From an uncultured Actinomycetes bacterium (GTDB lineage Bacteria; Actinomycetota; Actinomycetes; Mycobacteriales; Jatrophihabitantaceae), in the NCBI GenBank assembly GCA_963737785.1, contig CAVTTS010000010.1, positions 248,127-312,126 on the forward strand: a stretch of DNA of 64,000 nt, in the 5' to 3' direction. The notes under the pieces were generated by a model. The model made no database searches and was not told the DNA's origin. It was given only the letters and a program-made list of their open reading frames with translations. Made by a program: the position numbers and the translations under genes. Position 1 is the first letter of the stretch; every line of letters begins with the position of its first letter. Below are positions 47,592-59,293 of this stretch, piece by piece.

Positions 47592-49449
47592 ATGTCCAAG
47601 AACGTCGAGCAGCTTGATCGGGTCGTCATCCGAATCGCCGGCGACTCCGGCGACGGCATGCAGCTGACCGGTGACCGCTTCACCCAGGAGACGGCCAACT
47701 TCGGCAACGACCTCTTCACCTTCCCGGCCTTCCCGGCCGAGATCCGGGCGCCCGCCGGCACGCTGGCCGGAGTCTCGTCCTTCCAGCTGCACTTCGCCGA
47801 CCACGACATCCTGACGCCGGGCGACCGGCCGGACGTGCTCGTCGCGATGAACCCGGCGGCGCTGAAGGCGAACCTCGACGATCGTGCCCGAGGGCGGCAC
47901 CGTCATCGTCGACACCCACGACTTCACCGACCGGGCGCTGGCGCGCATCGGCTGGAACTCGAACCCGATCGAGGACGGCACGCTGGACAAGTTCACCGTC
48001 CACGCGATCGACCTCACCCAGCTGACCCTGGACGCGCTCGCCGGCACCGAGCTCTCGCGCAAGGACGCCGGCCGGAGCAAGAACATGTTCGCGCTCGGCC
48101 TGCTGTCGTGGATGTACTCCGCGCCCGACCGAGGGCACGCTCGACTTCCTGCGCAAGAAGTTCGCCAACAAGCCGGACATCGCCGACGCGAACATCGCGG
48201 CGTTCAAGGCCGGCTGGAACTACGGCGAGACGACCGAGAGCCTTCGCCGTCTCCTACGAGGTGAAGCCGGCCATCCTGGCCGCCGGCACGTACCGCAACA
48301 TCATGGGCAACACGGCGCTGTCCTACGGGCTGATCGCGGCGGCGCGAGCGGGCCGGCCTGCCGCTGTTCCTCGGCGCGTACCCGATCACCCCGGCGTCCG
48401 ACATCCTGCACGAGCTGTCGAAGCACAAGCGCTTCGGCGTTCGAACGTTCCAGGCCGAGGACGAGATCGCCGGCATCGGCGCGGCGCTGGGCGCGGCCTT
48501 CGGCGGGGCGCTCGGCGTGACGACGTCGTCCGGCCCGGGCATCGCGCTCAAGGGCGAGACGATCGGGCTGGCGGTGTCGCTCGAGATGCCGCTGGTGATC
48601 TGCGACATCCAGCGCGGCGGTCCGTCGACCGGGCTGCCGACGAAGACCGAGCAGTCCGACCTGCTGCAGGCGATGTACGGACGCAACGGCGAGGCGCCGG
48701 TGCCGGTCGATCGCCGCCCAGTCGCCCGGCGACTGCTTCGATGCCGCCGTCGAGGCGGCTCGGATCGCGCTCACCTACCGCACGCCGGTGTTCCTGCTGT
48801 CCGACGGCTACCTGGCCAACGGCTCCGAGCCGTGGCGGATCCCGGAATTGGACGAGCTGCCCGACCTGCAGGTCGAGTTCGCCACCGAGCCGAACGGACC
48901 GGACGGCGAGTTCCTGCCGTACCTGCGCGACCCCGAGACGCTCGCCCGCCCGTGGGCGGTCCCCGGCACGCCCGGCCTCGAACACCGCGTCGGCGGCATC
49001 GAGAAGGCCGACAAGACCGGCAACATCAGCTACGACCCCGACAACCACGACTTCATGGTCCGCACCCGGCAGGCCAAGGTCGACGGCATCGCACGCTCGA
49101 TCCCGCCGCTCGCGGTCGACGACCCGCGACGGCGACGCCGCGTGCTCGTCCTCGGCTGGGGCTCGACCTACGGCCCGATCGGCGCGGCGTGCCGCGAGCT
49201 GCGGCGCGCCGGCGGCTCGATCGCGCAGGCCCACCTGCGCCACCTCAACCCGTTCCCGGCCAACCTCGGCGAGGTGCTCGCGCGCTACGACAAGGTCGTC
49301 ATCCCCGAGATGAACCTCGGCCAGCTGGCGCTGCTGATCCGCGCGAGGTACCTCGTCGACGCGATCAGCGTGACCCAGGTGCGCGGGCATGCCGTTCAAG
49401 GCCGACCGAGCTCGCCGAGATGCTGCAAGGAGTGATCGACAATGTCTGA
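47592..49449 (+). pseudogene. korA: 2-oxoglutarate:ferredoxin oxidoreductase subunit alpha, interrupted by at least six single-nt insertions
   Basis: Start [28 protein letters not shown]. Conserved segments ([11 protein letters not shown]..., [57 protein letters not shown]...[13 protein letters not shown]|[13 protein letters not shown]...[30 protein letters not shown]) alternate between frames. Insertions at about 47890, 48118, 48240, 48352, 48709, 49390 and 49403. Confidence 0.8.
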
Positions 49450-50493
49450 CGACGTGACCTCCAACGGCCGGACGCCGACTCGGCGCTCAAGGCCAAGGAC
49501 TTCAAGACCGACCAGGAGGTCCGCTGGTGCCCCGGCTGCGGCGACTACGCCATCCTCGCCGCCGTCCAGGGCTTCATGCCCGAGCTCGGCATCCCCCGCG
49601 AGAACATCGTGTTCATCTCGGGCATCGGCTGCTCGTCGCGGTTCCCGTACTACATGAACACCTACGGCATGCACTCGATCCACGGCCGCGCGCCGGCGAT
49701 CGCGACCGGCCTGTCGACCTCGCGTCCGGACCTCTCGGTGTGGGTCGTCACCGGTGACGGCGACGCGCTGTCGATCGGCGGCAACCACCTCATCCACGCG
49801 CTGCGCCGCAACGTGAACCTGAAGATCCTGCTGTTCAACAACCGGATCTACGGCCTGACCAAGGGGCAGTACTCCCCCACCTCCGAGCTCGGCAAGATCA
49901 CCAAGTCGACGCCGATCGGTTCGCTGGACACCCCGTTCAACCCGGTCTCGCTCGCGCTCGGCGCCGAGGCGACGTTCGTCGCCCGCACGCTCGACTCCGA
50001 CCGCAAGCACCTCACGTCGGTGCTGCGCGCGGCGGCCGAGCACCAGGGCACCGCGCTCGTCGAGATCTACCAGAACTGCAACATCTTCAACGACGGCGCC
50101 TTCGACCTGCTCAAGGACGCCGACACCCGCGACGACTGGACGATCCGGATGGAGCACGGCCAGCCGCTGCGCTTCGGTTCGGACGGGTCCAAGGCGGTCG
50201 TGCGCAGCGCGTCGGGCGGCCTCGAGAGTCGCCGACGACGTCGCCGATGACGACCCCCGCGTCGTCATCCACGATGCGCACGTCGACGACCCGGCCCTAG
50301 GCGTTCGCGCTGTCGCGGCTGCACGTCGTCCGACATCCGGCTCGCGCCGATGGGCGTGTTCCGCGACGTCAACCGGCCCACGTACGACGGGCTGATGAGC
50401 GCCCAGCTCGCAACCGCCGTCGCCAGCCAGCCGGTCGGCGACGACGCGTTGACGGGCCTGCTGCACGGTGCCGACACCTGGACCGTTCTGTAG
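49443..50493 (+). pseudogene. korB: 2-oxoglutarate:ferredoxin oxidoreductase subunit beta, frameshifted near both ends
   Basis: ATG overlaps the korA stop (ATGTCTGA). TPP-binding core RWCPGCGDYAILAAVQGFMPELGIPRENIVFISGIGCSSRFPYYMNTYGMHSIHGRAPAIATG. The N-terminal junction is at about 49480 and the C-terminal junctions at about 50240-50300. Confidence 0.75.
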
Positions 50494-50495
50494 CG

Positions 50496-50978
50496 GTGTT
50501 CGAACTCACCGGGCCGGACGGGCTCGTCCTGTCCGACGACCGCGCGCGGCTGGACGTCGATCTCATCTGCGCCTGGCTGGCCACGTCGTACTGGGCGAAC
50601 GAACGCGATCGGGCCACCATCGAACGCTCGATCGCCAATTCGCAGAGCTTCGGCGTGTACGAACCCGACGGCGCCCAAGTGGCGCTGACGCGGGTCACCA
50701 CCGACCTGGCGTCCTTCGCGTGGATCGGCGACGTCTTCGTCGACGAGCGCGTGCGCGGACGGGGCATCGGCAGCTGGATGGTCGGCGCGGTCGTCGAGTC
50801 ACTGCGGGCGGCGGGGGTCCCCCGCTTCATCCTCGCGACCCGTGACGCCCACGAGGTGTACCGGCGGCTGGGCTTCGACGCACTGCGCGTGCCGGCGACG
50901 TTCATGGAGATCGACAACCGTCCCAACCGACCCAGTCTCACCGACGTCCGGCTGCGCGCGGAGCCCGGCCCGCAATGA
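50496..50978 (+). CDS. GNAT family N-acetyltransferase
   Basis: GTG start. Motif A RVRGRGIGSWMVGAVVE. Intact, 160 aa. Confidence 0.75.
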   Translation: MFELTGPDGLVLSDDRARLDVDLICAWLATSYWANERDRATIERSIANSQSFGVYEPDGAQVALTRVTTDLASFAWIGDVFVDERVRGRGIGSWMVGAVVESLRAAGVPRFILATRDAHEVYRRLGFDALRVPATFMEIDNRPNRPSLTDVRLRAEPGPQ

Positions 50979-51415
50979 CCCGCCGCCGCGTCGCGGCCGG
51001 CCTGACGTGTGCCGGTCTCGCGCTCATGGTGGTCGGGACCTTCCTTCCGTGGGTCCGCTCCGGGTCGGTCGGACGAAGCAGTTACAGCGCGACCGGCCTG
51101 CTTCGCCGACTGCTCGACGCGTCCGGCGCGCTGGCATTCGCCCTCGATGCCTGGGCGTTCCTGGGGCTGGCCGCGGCGCTGGCTGTCGTGGCCGTTGTGG
51201 CCGGCTTCCGCCGCACGGGGGCCGGGCTGGCCGCGCTACTGGCGCTCGTGACCGGTGCCGTCGCCGTCGCGACCTTTCGAGCGCCGGGTGGTGGTGAGAT
51301 CGCCGCGGATCGCGTCGGGCCGACCGTCGCCCTCGTCGGGGGGGCAATTTCCTTAATTGGCGCTATGCTTCTTCTCACTTCACGCGAAAATTACGTACCG
51401 CCATACGGGAGTTAA
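50975..51415 (+). CDS. Small integral membrane protein with four TM helices
   Basis: 146-aa intact ORF that is mostly hydrophobic. Its stop overlaps the next gene. Confidence 0.55.
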   Translation: MTRRRVAAGLTCAGLALMVVGTFLPWVRSGSVGRSSYSATGLLRRLLDASGALAFALDAWAFLGLAAALAVVAVVAGFRRTGAGLAALLALVTGAVAVATFRAPGGGEIAADRVGPTVALVGGAISLIGAMLLLTSRENYVPPYGS

Positions 51416-51417
51416 TC

Positions 51418-53066
51418 ATGACGCAGCCCCCCACGACCCCCGGAACGGGTCCGCTGGACCCGACGCCGGCCGCGTGGACGGCCGACCAGCCGGCCAACGG
51501 TCACGGCTATCAGCCGCCGGCCGGTCAGCAGTATCAACCCCCGCAGCCATACCAGCCGGCGCAGCCATACCAGCCGGCGCAGCCATACCAGCCGGCGCAG
51601 CCATACCAGCCGGCGCAGCCATACCAGCTGGCGCAACCCAGCCGACGTACGCGCCGAATCCCTACCAGGTCGGCGCCGGCTACGCACCGGGGATGCCGAC
51701 CTACCAGCCCGCGCCGCCGTACCCGCCGCAGCAGTCCGGTGGCGGTTATCCGCCGGCCGGGGCGCCGATGTACCAGCCGCAGCAGCCGACCGGCTCGTGG
51801 GACTACCTCGGCGCCGTGCAGCCGACCTGGACACCGCCCCGCAAGCGTCGCGGGCCGGCGCTGCTCGCGGCCGCGGTCGCGGTCGTGCTCGTCGGCGGTG
51901 GCACGGCGACCTACGTCGCCGTTTCGCAGCAGTCCGGCGGTGGCGGCAGCAGCCCGCAGGCCGCCGTCAAGACGTTCGTCGGCGACCTGAACAAGTCGGA
52001 CCTTCTCGGCGTGCTCGACGACCTGGCCCCCGGCGAGCGGGACGCGCTGCTCAATCCGTTCGAGGACGAGATCACCCAGGAGAAGCGGCTGCACGTGCTG
52101 AGGTCGAACGCCGACGCGTCGAACGTGACCGCATTCAACGTCTCGGCGACCGGGCTGACGTTCCAGAGCCAGGACCAGGTCGTGAACGACCACGTGCGCG
52201 TCGTCCGGTTGACCGGCGGAACGATCACGGTCAACACCGACCTGTCGAAGCTGCCGCTCACCGACGAATTCGTCAAGGCGCTGTTCCCGCACGGCCTGCC
52301 ACCGGCCAGCGGACCGGCGACGGTCGATCTCGCCCAAGTGGTACGCATGACCGGCGAGCCGATCCAGATCGCGACGCAGAAGGTCGGATCGTCCTGGTAC
52401 CCGAGCATCCTCTACACGGTCGCGTCGTACGACATGGTTGCCGGCGGCGGGGCGCCGACCGCGAGCGACTACATCGGCGCGGCCGGGGCCGCGTCCGCGC
52501 AGGATGCGGTCACCCAGTTCATCGACGCCCTCGCGGCGGGCAACGGCCAGAAGGCCGTCGAACTGACCTCTCCCGACGAGATGGCCGTGCTCCACGACTA
52601 CGGCACCGAGGTCGCGAGCGCGCTCGGCAACAGCAGCAGCGGCTTCGGTTCGGCCGTCAAGATCAGCAATCTGCAGCTCACGACGACCGACATCACCGGC
52701 GGCAAGCGAGTGCTCTTCCACAGCGCGACCGTCACCGAAGACGGTCAGTCGGTGACGATCACGCTCGACAGCGACTGCATCCAGATCGACGCGTCGGGGA
52801 CGACCAAGAAGTACTGCGGCAACGATCTGGTCAACGAGCTCGAGTCGTCGGGTGCGTTCTCGCAGAAGCTGACGCCCGAGCAGGTCACCGCGTTCGAGCA
52901 TCTCGCCCAGGGACTGCCGAACATCGGCGTCGACACCAGCGAGTCGGCCGGCAAGTGGTACGTGAACCCGCTTCGATCGATCATGGACACCTCGACCGAG
53001 TTGTACAGCGGCCTGCAGAACGACGACCTGATCGTCCTGCTGAAGCTCGCCCAGCAAATCCACTAG
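51418..53066 (+). pseudogene. Membrane-anchored protein with a Pro/Gln-rich repeat N-terminus (QPYQPA x5), one TM helix and a large extracytoplasmic domain. There is a frameshift inside the repeat tract
   Basis: Frame 51418- (MTQPPTTPGT...QPYQPAQPYQPA...) switches at about 51630 to frame 51357- (...PTYAPNPYQVGAGYAPGMPTYQ...LLAAAVAVVLVGG...). An 18-bp tandem repeat cagccataccagccggcg repeats five times. Confidence 0.55.
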
Positions 53067-53133
53067 CCGACCAGTCCGGCGGTCACTGATCGGCTCGGTG
53101 ACCGCGGGCCGGGCGCGGCTAGAGTGAGTCGTC

Positions 53134-54157
53134 GTGGCCGAGCGCTCAGTGGGAGCGGCCGCGGGACGCGACGACATCGGCGCGGGACGCGAAAACATTG
53201 GCGCGGGACGCGACGACGTCGGCGTGGGACGCGACGACATGGCGCGGGACGCGACGACATCCGCCGCGGCCTGCTCTACGGGACGAGCGCCTATTTCCTG
53301 TGGGGGCTGTTCCCGCTCTACTGGCCGTGGCTGAAGCCGGCCGGCGCGGTCGAGATCCTCGCCATGCGGATGATCTGGTCGTTGGTCTTCGTGGCCCTGC
53401 TGTTGTGGCGGACGAACAGCTGGGGCGCGACGCGAGCGGTCATCGCCGACCGTCGCAAACGCTGGCTGCTGTCGCTCGCCGCGGTGCTTCGTGACGGTCA
53501 ACTGGGGCGTCTACATCTGGGGCGTCAACGCCGGCCACGTCGTCGAGACCAGCCTCGGCTACTTCATCAACCCGCTGTTCACGATCCTGCTGGGCGTGGT
53601 GGTGCTGCATGAGCGGCTGCGTCGGCGTCCAGTGGGCGGCGGTCGGCATCGCGTCGTCGGCGATCGTCGTCCTGACCATCGACTACGGCCGGCTGCCCTG
53701 GATCGCGCTGACGCTGGCCGCGTCGTTCGGTCTGTACGGCTTCGTGAAGAAGCGGGTCGTCGGCCGGCGCGCTCGAGTCGCTCGCGATCGAGACCGGGAC
53801 GATGGCGTGCCCGCACTGATCACGATCGGCGTCATCGCCGCGAACGGGTCACTGGTGTTCGGACGTCACGGCGTCGGCAACACGGCGCTGCTCGTAGGCA
53901 CCGGCGTCGTCACGGCGATCCCGTTGCTGTTCTTCGGCGCGGCGACCCGCCGGTTGCCGCTGTCGGCGATGGGCATGCTGCAGTACCTGACCCCGATCCT
54001 GCAGTTCGGGGTCGGCATCGGAATCGATCACGAGAAGATGCCGCTCGCGCGGTGGGCCGGCTTCGGTCTGGTCTGGATCGCGCTGGTCGTCCTCACCGTC
54101 GACGGCGTCCGGGCATCCCGCCGTCCGGCCGAAGAACCCGCGGGCGCACCGGGCTGA
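53134..54157 (+). pseudogene. rarD: RarD (EamA/DMT superfamily) permease with an N-terminal heptad-repeat extension, interrupted by about four frameshifts
   Basis: RarD signature LLYGTSAYFLWGLFPLYWPWLKP..., [18 protein letters not shown] and [15 protein letters not shown] lie in frames 53124-, 53491- and 53609-. The N-terminal repeat is in frame 53134-. Confidence 0.65.
53150..53280. repeat. 21-bp tandem repeat, about five to six units (GGCGCGGGACGCGACGACATC), encoding a heptad repeat G-A-G-R-D-D-I at the 5-prime end of rarD
   Basis: The units ggcgcgggacgcgacgacatc, ggcgcgggacgcgaaaacatt, ggcgcgggacgcgacgacgtc, ggcgtgggacgcgacgacatg and gcgcgggacgcgacgacatc are directly visible. The last unit is missing one g. 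Confidence 0.8.
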
Positions 54158-54223
54158 GTCGACCCCGGCCGCTTCCGTTGACTTCAGCATTGACGTATAC
54201 CGTTATCGGCATATGATTGCGCC

Positions 54224-54592
54224 ATGGCTCGAGCGGCGACAACAACCGACGCGTTCAACGCTGTCGCGGAACCGCGCCGCCGCGAGATCCTCGAGCGGTT
54301 GTCTGGCGGCGAACGACCCGTCAACGACCTCGTCGACGAGCTGGGGCTGGCCCAACCGGTCGTGTCGAAGCACCTGCGGGTCCTGCGCGAGGTCGGGCTG
54401 GTCGACGTGCGTGACGCGGGCCGCCGCCGCTTCTACCGGCTCAACAGCGAACCGTTGCGCGCCATCCATGACTGGGTCGGGACCTTCGCGAGCACCTGGA
54501 CCGAGCGTTTCGACCGACTCGACGCGGTACTCGACGAACTGGTGCTGGACGAGCTGGCGACGACGACAACTGATGGAGAGGCAAACGAATGA
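54224..54592 (+). CDS. ArsR/SmtB family transcriptional regulator
   Basis: 122 aa. wHTH (LAEPRRREILERL ... ELGLAQPVVSKHLRVLREVGLV). Intact. Confidence 0.85.
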   Translation: MARAATTTDAFNAVAEPRRREILERLSGGERPVNDLVDELGLAQPVVSKHLRVLREVGLVDVRDAGRRRFYRLNSEPLRAIHDWVGTFASTWTERFDRLDAVLDELVLDELATTTTDGEANE

Positions 54593-55068
54593 CGAGCACC
54601 GGCACGGCCGTGGTGACTCTCCCGGCCGACGACCAGATCATGATCACCCGCGAATTCGACGCTCCGCGGCACCTGGTCTACCGGGCCTGGACCACGCCCG
54701 AGCTGATCAAGCGCTGGTGGGCCGGGCAACGCGGGGTCGTCACTCTCGTCGACGTCGATCTGCGCGTCGGGGGTCGGTGGCGATACGTGATGACCGCCAA
54801 TGGCGGCTTCGTGGTCGCGTTCCACGGTGAGTATCGCGAGGTCGTGACGGACGAACGGATCGTCAGCACCGAGGTCTTCGAGACGATTCCCGACGAACAG
54901 GCGCTCAACACCGTCACGTTCGAGTCGACGGGCGGCCGGACGACGCTGCGCCTGCTCGTCGAGCATTCGTCGCAGCAGTGGCGAGATCTGCACGTCGACT
55001 CCGGCATGGAAGGCGGCGTCCAGGAGGGTTTCGATCTGCTCGAGCAGCTCGCAGCGTCGCTCGCCTGA
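54589..55068 (+). CDS. SRPBCC-family (Aha1/activator of Hsp90 ATPase-like) protein, the usual partner of ArsR regulators
   Basis: 159 aa. Overlaps the arsR stop. Sequence is typical of SRPBCC domain proteins (TREFDAPRHLVYRAWTTPELIKRWW). Confidence 0.75.
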   Translation: MTSTGTAVVTLPADDQIMITREFDAPRHLVYRAWTTPELIKRWWAGQRGVVTLVDVDLRVGGRWRYVMTANGGFVVAFHGEYREVVTDERIVSTEVFETIPDEQALNTVTFESTGGRTTLRLLVEHSSQQWRDLHVDSGMEGGVQEGFDLLEQLAASLA

Positions 55069-55141
55069 ACGGGGCGACCCTCATAGCGAGCGCACGCAAA
55101 AGCGGGCGATGCGTATCAACGTCGGGTGGTGAGAGCGGATC

Positions 55142-56137
55142 TCAACCGGTGCGGACGATCACCAGGTCGGTGAGGGCGCCGAGTGCGGCGCGGGCCGGCA
55201 CGTCCGGCAGCTGTCCGAGCATCTCGCGGGCGGCGTCGGCGTAACTCTGCAGCGTCTTGCGGGCCTCGGCGAGCGCGTCGGACTCGCGCAGGAGCGTCAG
55301 GGCCTCGACGTGATCGGCGTCGTCGGGCAGCGGCCGCGCGACAAGCTCGCGCAGGCGCGCGCCGGCCGGGTCGTCGGACCGCAGTGCGTACAGCGCCGGC
55401 AGGGTGAGGATGCCCTCGCGCAGATCGGTACCCGTCGTCTTGCCCGACTCCGTCGATGCCGAGGTGATGTCGATGATGTCGTCGGACAGCTGGAAGGCGA
55501 CGCCGATCTGTTCCCCGAAGCGGCGCAGGGTGTCGACGTCGTCCGCGCCGACCCCGGCGAACATCGATCCGAACTCCGCGGCCGTCGCGATCAACGATCC
55601 GGTCTTGTCAGCGAGCACGGCCAGATAGTGCTCGATGGGGTCGGCGTCCTCGGCGGCCCCGACCGTCTCGTGGATCTGGCCGGTGACCAGCCGGCCGAAC
55701 GTGCGGGCCTGGATCCGCACGGCGTTCGGCCCGAGGTCGGCGAGGATGTCCGACGCCCGCGAGAACAGGAAGTCGCCGGTCAGGATCGCGATCGTGTTCG
55801 TCCACCGGGTGTTCGCCGACAGGGCGCCGCGCCGCACGGCCGCCTCGTCCATCACGTCGTCGTGGTACAGCGTGGCGAGGTGCGTCAATTCGACGACGAC
55901 CGCGGCCTGGGTGACCGCCGGTTCGTCCGCATCGCCGAAGTGCGCGGCCAACACGCTGACCATCGGGCGGAACCGCTTGCCCCCGGCATCGACGAGGTGA
56001 CGAGCCACGCCGGCGACGAACGCGTCGTCGGAGCGCACCGCCTCGGCCAGGGCGGACTCGATCGCCGCGAGACCGCCGCGGACGGATGCCTCGAACGACG
56101 GGTCGTCGAAATCGAGGCCCAGCGGATTAGCGGTCAC
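55142..56137 (-). CDS. Polyprenyl diphosphate synthase (trans-isoprenyl transferase, GrcC/IdsA-like)
   Basis: Likely GTG start at 56137 that overlaps the nuoN stop. First and second aspartate-rich motifs (LYHDDVMDEA and FQLSDDIIDI). Confidence 0.85.
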   Translation of the reverse strand: MTANPLGLDFDDPSFEASVRGGLAAIESALAEAVRSDDAFVAGVARHLVDAGGKRFRPMVSVLAAHFGDADEPAVTQAAVVVELTHLATLYHDDVMDEAAVRRGALSANTRWTNTIAILTGDFLFSRASDILADLGPNAVRIQARTFGRLVTGQIHETVGAAEDADPIEHYLAVLADKTGSLIATAAEFGSMFAGVGADDVDTLRRFGEQIGVAFQLSDDIIDITSASTESGKTTGTDLREGILTLPALYALRSDDPAGARLRELVARPLPDDADHVEALTLLRESDALAEARKTLQSYADAAREMLGQLPDVPARAALGALTDLVIVRTG

Positions 56138-57694
56138 CCGACCAGTGTGGCCGCATGTCCGGCGAGGTCGAGCAGCGGCTGGGGCGCGATGCCCAGCAGG
56201 ATGGTCAGACCGGTGGCCACGGACAGCGACACCCCGGTGAAGACGCCCGGGATCGAGACCGTCGGACCGTTCTCCGGGGGCTCGGCGAAGTACATGAGGA
56301 CGATGATGCGCAGGTAGAAGAAGGCCGTGATGGCCGACGAGACCAGCGCGATCACGACCAGCGGCGCGGCCTCGTGATAGGCGGCCCGGAACACGTAGAA
56401 CTTGCCGATGAACCCGGACGTCAGCGGGATGCCGGCCATCGACAGCAGCAACAGCGTCACCACCGCGGCGAGCGTCTTGCTCTTCCGGGCCAGGCCCGAC
56501 CACTGCGACAGATGCGTGGCTTCGCCGTCCGCGTCGCGCACGAGCGTCACCACGCCGAAGGCGGCGACCGTGGTGAAGCCCGTAGGTGGCGAGGTAGAAC
56601 AGCGTGCTCGACAGGCCGTCCTTGGTCGAGCGACAACAGGCCGACCAGGATGAAGCCGGCGTGCGCGATCGACGAATACGCCAGCACCCGCTTGATGTCG
56701 GTCTGGGTCAGGCCGAAGATCGCGCCGACGGCCATGGACGCGATCGCCACGGCCCAGATCATCGGGCGCCAGTCCCAGCGCGTGGTTGAGAAGCCGACGT
56801 ACAGCACCCGCGCGATAGCACCGAACGCGGCGACCTTGGTGCACGAGGCCATGAACGCCGTGACGGCGGTCGGCGAACCCTGGTAGACGTCCGGCGTCCA
56901 GCTGTGGAACGGGGCGATGCCCGCCTTGAACAGCAGACCGACGATCAGCAGGGCCAGCCCCGCGTAGAGCAGCACGTCGGGCTTGTTCGAGTTCGACGCG
57001 GCGGCCAGGATCTGCGGCAGATCGACGGAGTTGGCGTAGCCGTACAGCAGCGCCAGGCCGTACAGGAAGAACGCCGAGGCGAACGCACCGAGCAGGAAGT
57101 ACTTGACCGCGGCTTCCTGCGACAGCAGGCGCCGCCGGCGAGCCAGGCCGGCCATCAGGTAGAGCGGCAGCGACAGCACCTCGAGCGCGATGAACATCAG
57201 CAGCAGGTTGTTCGCCACCGGGAAGATCAACATGCCGCCGACCGCGAAGAGCGACAGCGGGAAGACCTCGGTCTGCACCCGCTCGCTCGTCGCCAGCTGG
57301 CGGTCGCGCGGTGAGCCGACGACGACCGCGGCCTGCGCCACGATCGGGCCGCCGACCTCGACGCGTGCGCTCGGCGATCAGCAGCACCGACAGGATCGCC
57401 AGGACGAGGATCGTGCCCTGGATGAACAGTCCCGCGCCGTCGATCGCGATCGCGTCCTTGGCCGTGACCAGGCTGTGCCGTGACGGATGAACGCGAGGTC
57501 GACCAAGGCGGCCAGCAGGCCGCCGATGGTGATCGCGACCTGGGTCGGGAAGCGCAGCTCGCGCGGCGACGAACGCCTCGGCGAGCACGCCGAGCAGCGC
57601 CGCGCCGAGAACGATGAAGATCGGCATCACCGCGTGCGTAGGCCAGCCCCGGGTACTGGATCGTGGGCAGCGATGCGGCGGCCAGCGGCGGCGC
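56134..57694 (-). pseudogene. nuoN: NADH-quinone oxidoreductase subunit N, multiply frameshifted
   Basis: NuoN segments (MPIFIVLGAALLGVLAEAF, FPVANNLLLMFIALEVLSLPLYLMAGL...FHSWTPDVYQG, and the C-terminal ...GKFYVFRAAY...) lie in frames 56134- and 56547-. Confidence 0.7.
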
Positions 57695-59293
57695 TCACTT
57701 CGATTCCTCCAGCGGCCGTGCCGGACTTCGGTAGTCGGATCGGTCTTGCCGACGTCGTGCAGCGTGTACTTGATCGCCGGGTTGATCATGTCGAGTGATC
57801 GGCTTCGGGTAGACCCCGAGGAAGACGATCAACGCGATCAGCGGTCCGACGGCCAGGCCTTCGCGCAGCGTGAGGTCGCGGAACTTCTTGACCTTCTCAC
57901 TGACGGTGCCCTGCATCGTGCGCTGATAGAGGATCAGCACGTACAGCGCGGCCAGGATGATGCCGGTGGTCGCCAGGATCGCCAGGCCCTTGTGCCGGGT
58001 GAAGGTGCCGACCAGCACGAGGAACTCGCTGATGAACGTGCTCATGCCCGGCAGCGCGAGCGCCGACAGTCCGGCCAGCAGGAACACGCCGGCCGAGCAA
58101 CGGCGTCACCTTGGCGGCGCCGCCGTAGTCGCGACACGAGTCGGCTCTTGCCGCGCGAGATCAGCATGCCGACGACGAGGAAGAGCAGGCCGGTCGAGAG
58201 ACCGTGGTTGACCATGTAGAGCACCGCGCCCTGCCGCCCTGCGTCGTGAAGGCGAAGATGCCGATGCCGATGAAGCCGAAGTGCGCGATCGACGTGTACG
58301 CGACCAGCCGCTTCATGTCGCGCTGGCCGATCGCGAGCAACGCGGCGTAGAGGATGCCGATCACCGACAGGATCAGGATCGTCGGCGCGAAGTATCGCGA
58401 CGCCTGCGGGAACAGCGGCAGGCAGTAGCGCAGGAAGCCGAAGGTGCCGACCTTGTCGAGCACGCCGACGAGCAGCGCCGCGCCGCCGGCGGGCGCCTCG
58501 GCGCCGGCGTCCGGCAGCCAGGTGTGGAACGGGACGAGCGGCGCCTTGATCGCGAAGGCGATGAAGAAGCCGAGGAACAGCCAGCTTCTGCGTGGTGCCG
58601 CTCGGAACGCTGCCGATGAGGTCGGCTGAATCGCGAAGGTGCTCTTGCCGGACGTGATGTAGAGCCCGATCACCGACGCGAGCATGAGCAGGCCGCCGAC
58701 GAGCGAGTACAGGAAGAACTTCATCGCGGCGTACTGGCGGCGCGGGCCGCCGAAGCTGCCGATGATGAAGTACATCGGGACGAGCATCGCCTCGAAGAAC
58801 ACGTAGAACAGGAACACGTCGGTCGCGGTGAACACGCCGACCATGAAGAACTCGAGCAGCAGGATCAGCCCGAAGAAGGCCGGCGACATTGCGCTCCGGT
58901 GCATCGGCCTCCTCGGCCCCGTCCGCGCTGTCGAAGGTGTTCCAGGACGCGAGGATCACGCACGGGACGAGCACGACCGCCATCGCGACGAGGACCAGCG
59001 CGATGCCGTCGACCCCGAAGGAGATGTGCACGCCGAACGCCTTGATCCACGATCCAGCTGCGCGTTGAACTGGAAGCGCGGCGCCCGGTCGGTCGTCGAA
59101 CTTGAGCCGCGACGATGATCGCGTACACCAACGTGGCCAGCGAGAAGGCGAGCGCGAGCTGCTTGGCCAGTTCGGCCTGCGCCTGCGGAAGCGCGAACGT
59201 GATCACCGACGCAGCGACGACGCCGACCAGCGGCAGGCTCAGGCACGTCAGTGCCGCGCAGCGACGCACGTCGATGACGGCTGTCGTGCTCAT
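57695..59293 (-). pseudogene. nuoM: NADH-quinone oxidoreductase subunit M, multiply frameshifted
   Basis: NuoM segments are spread over frames 57695-, 58161-, 58042- and 58865- (MSTTAVIDV..., [79 protein letters not shown]). Confidence 0.7.
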
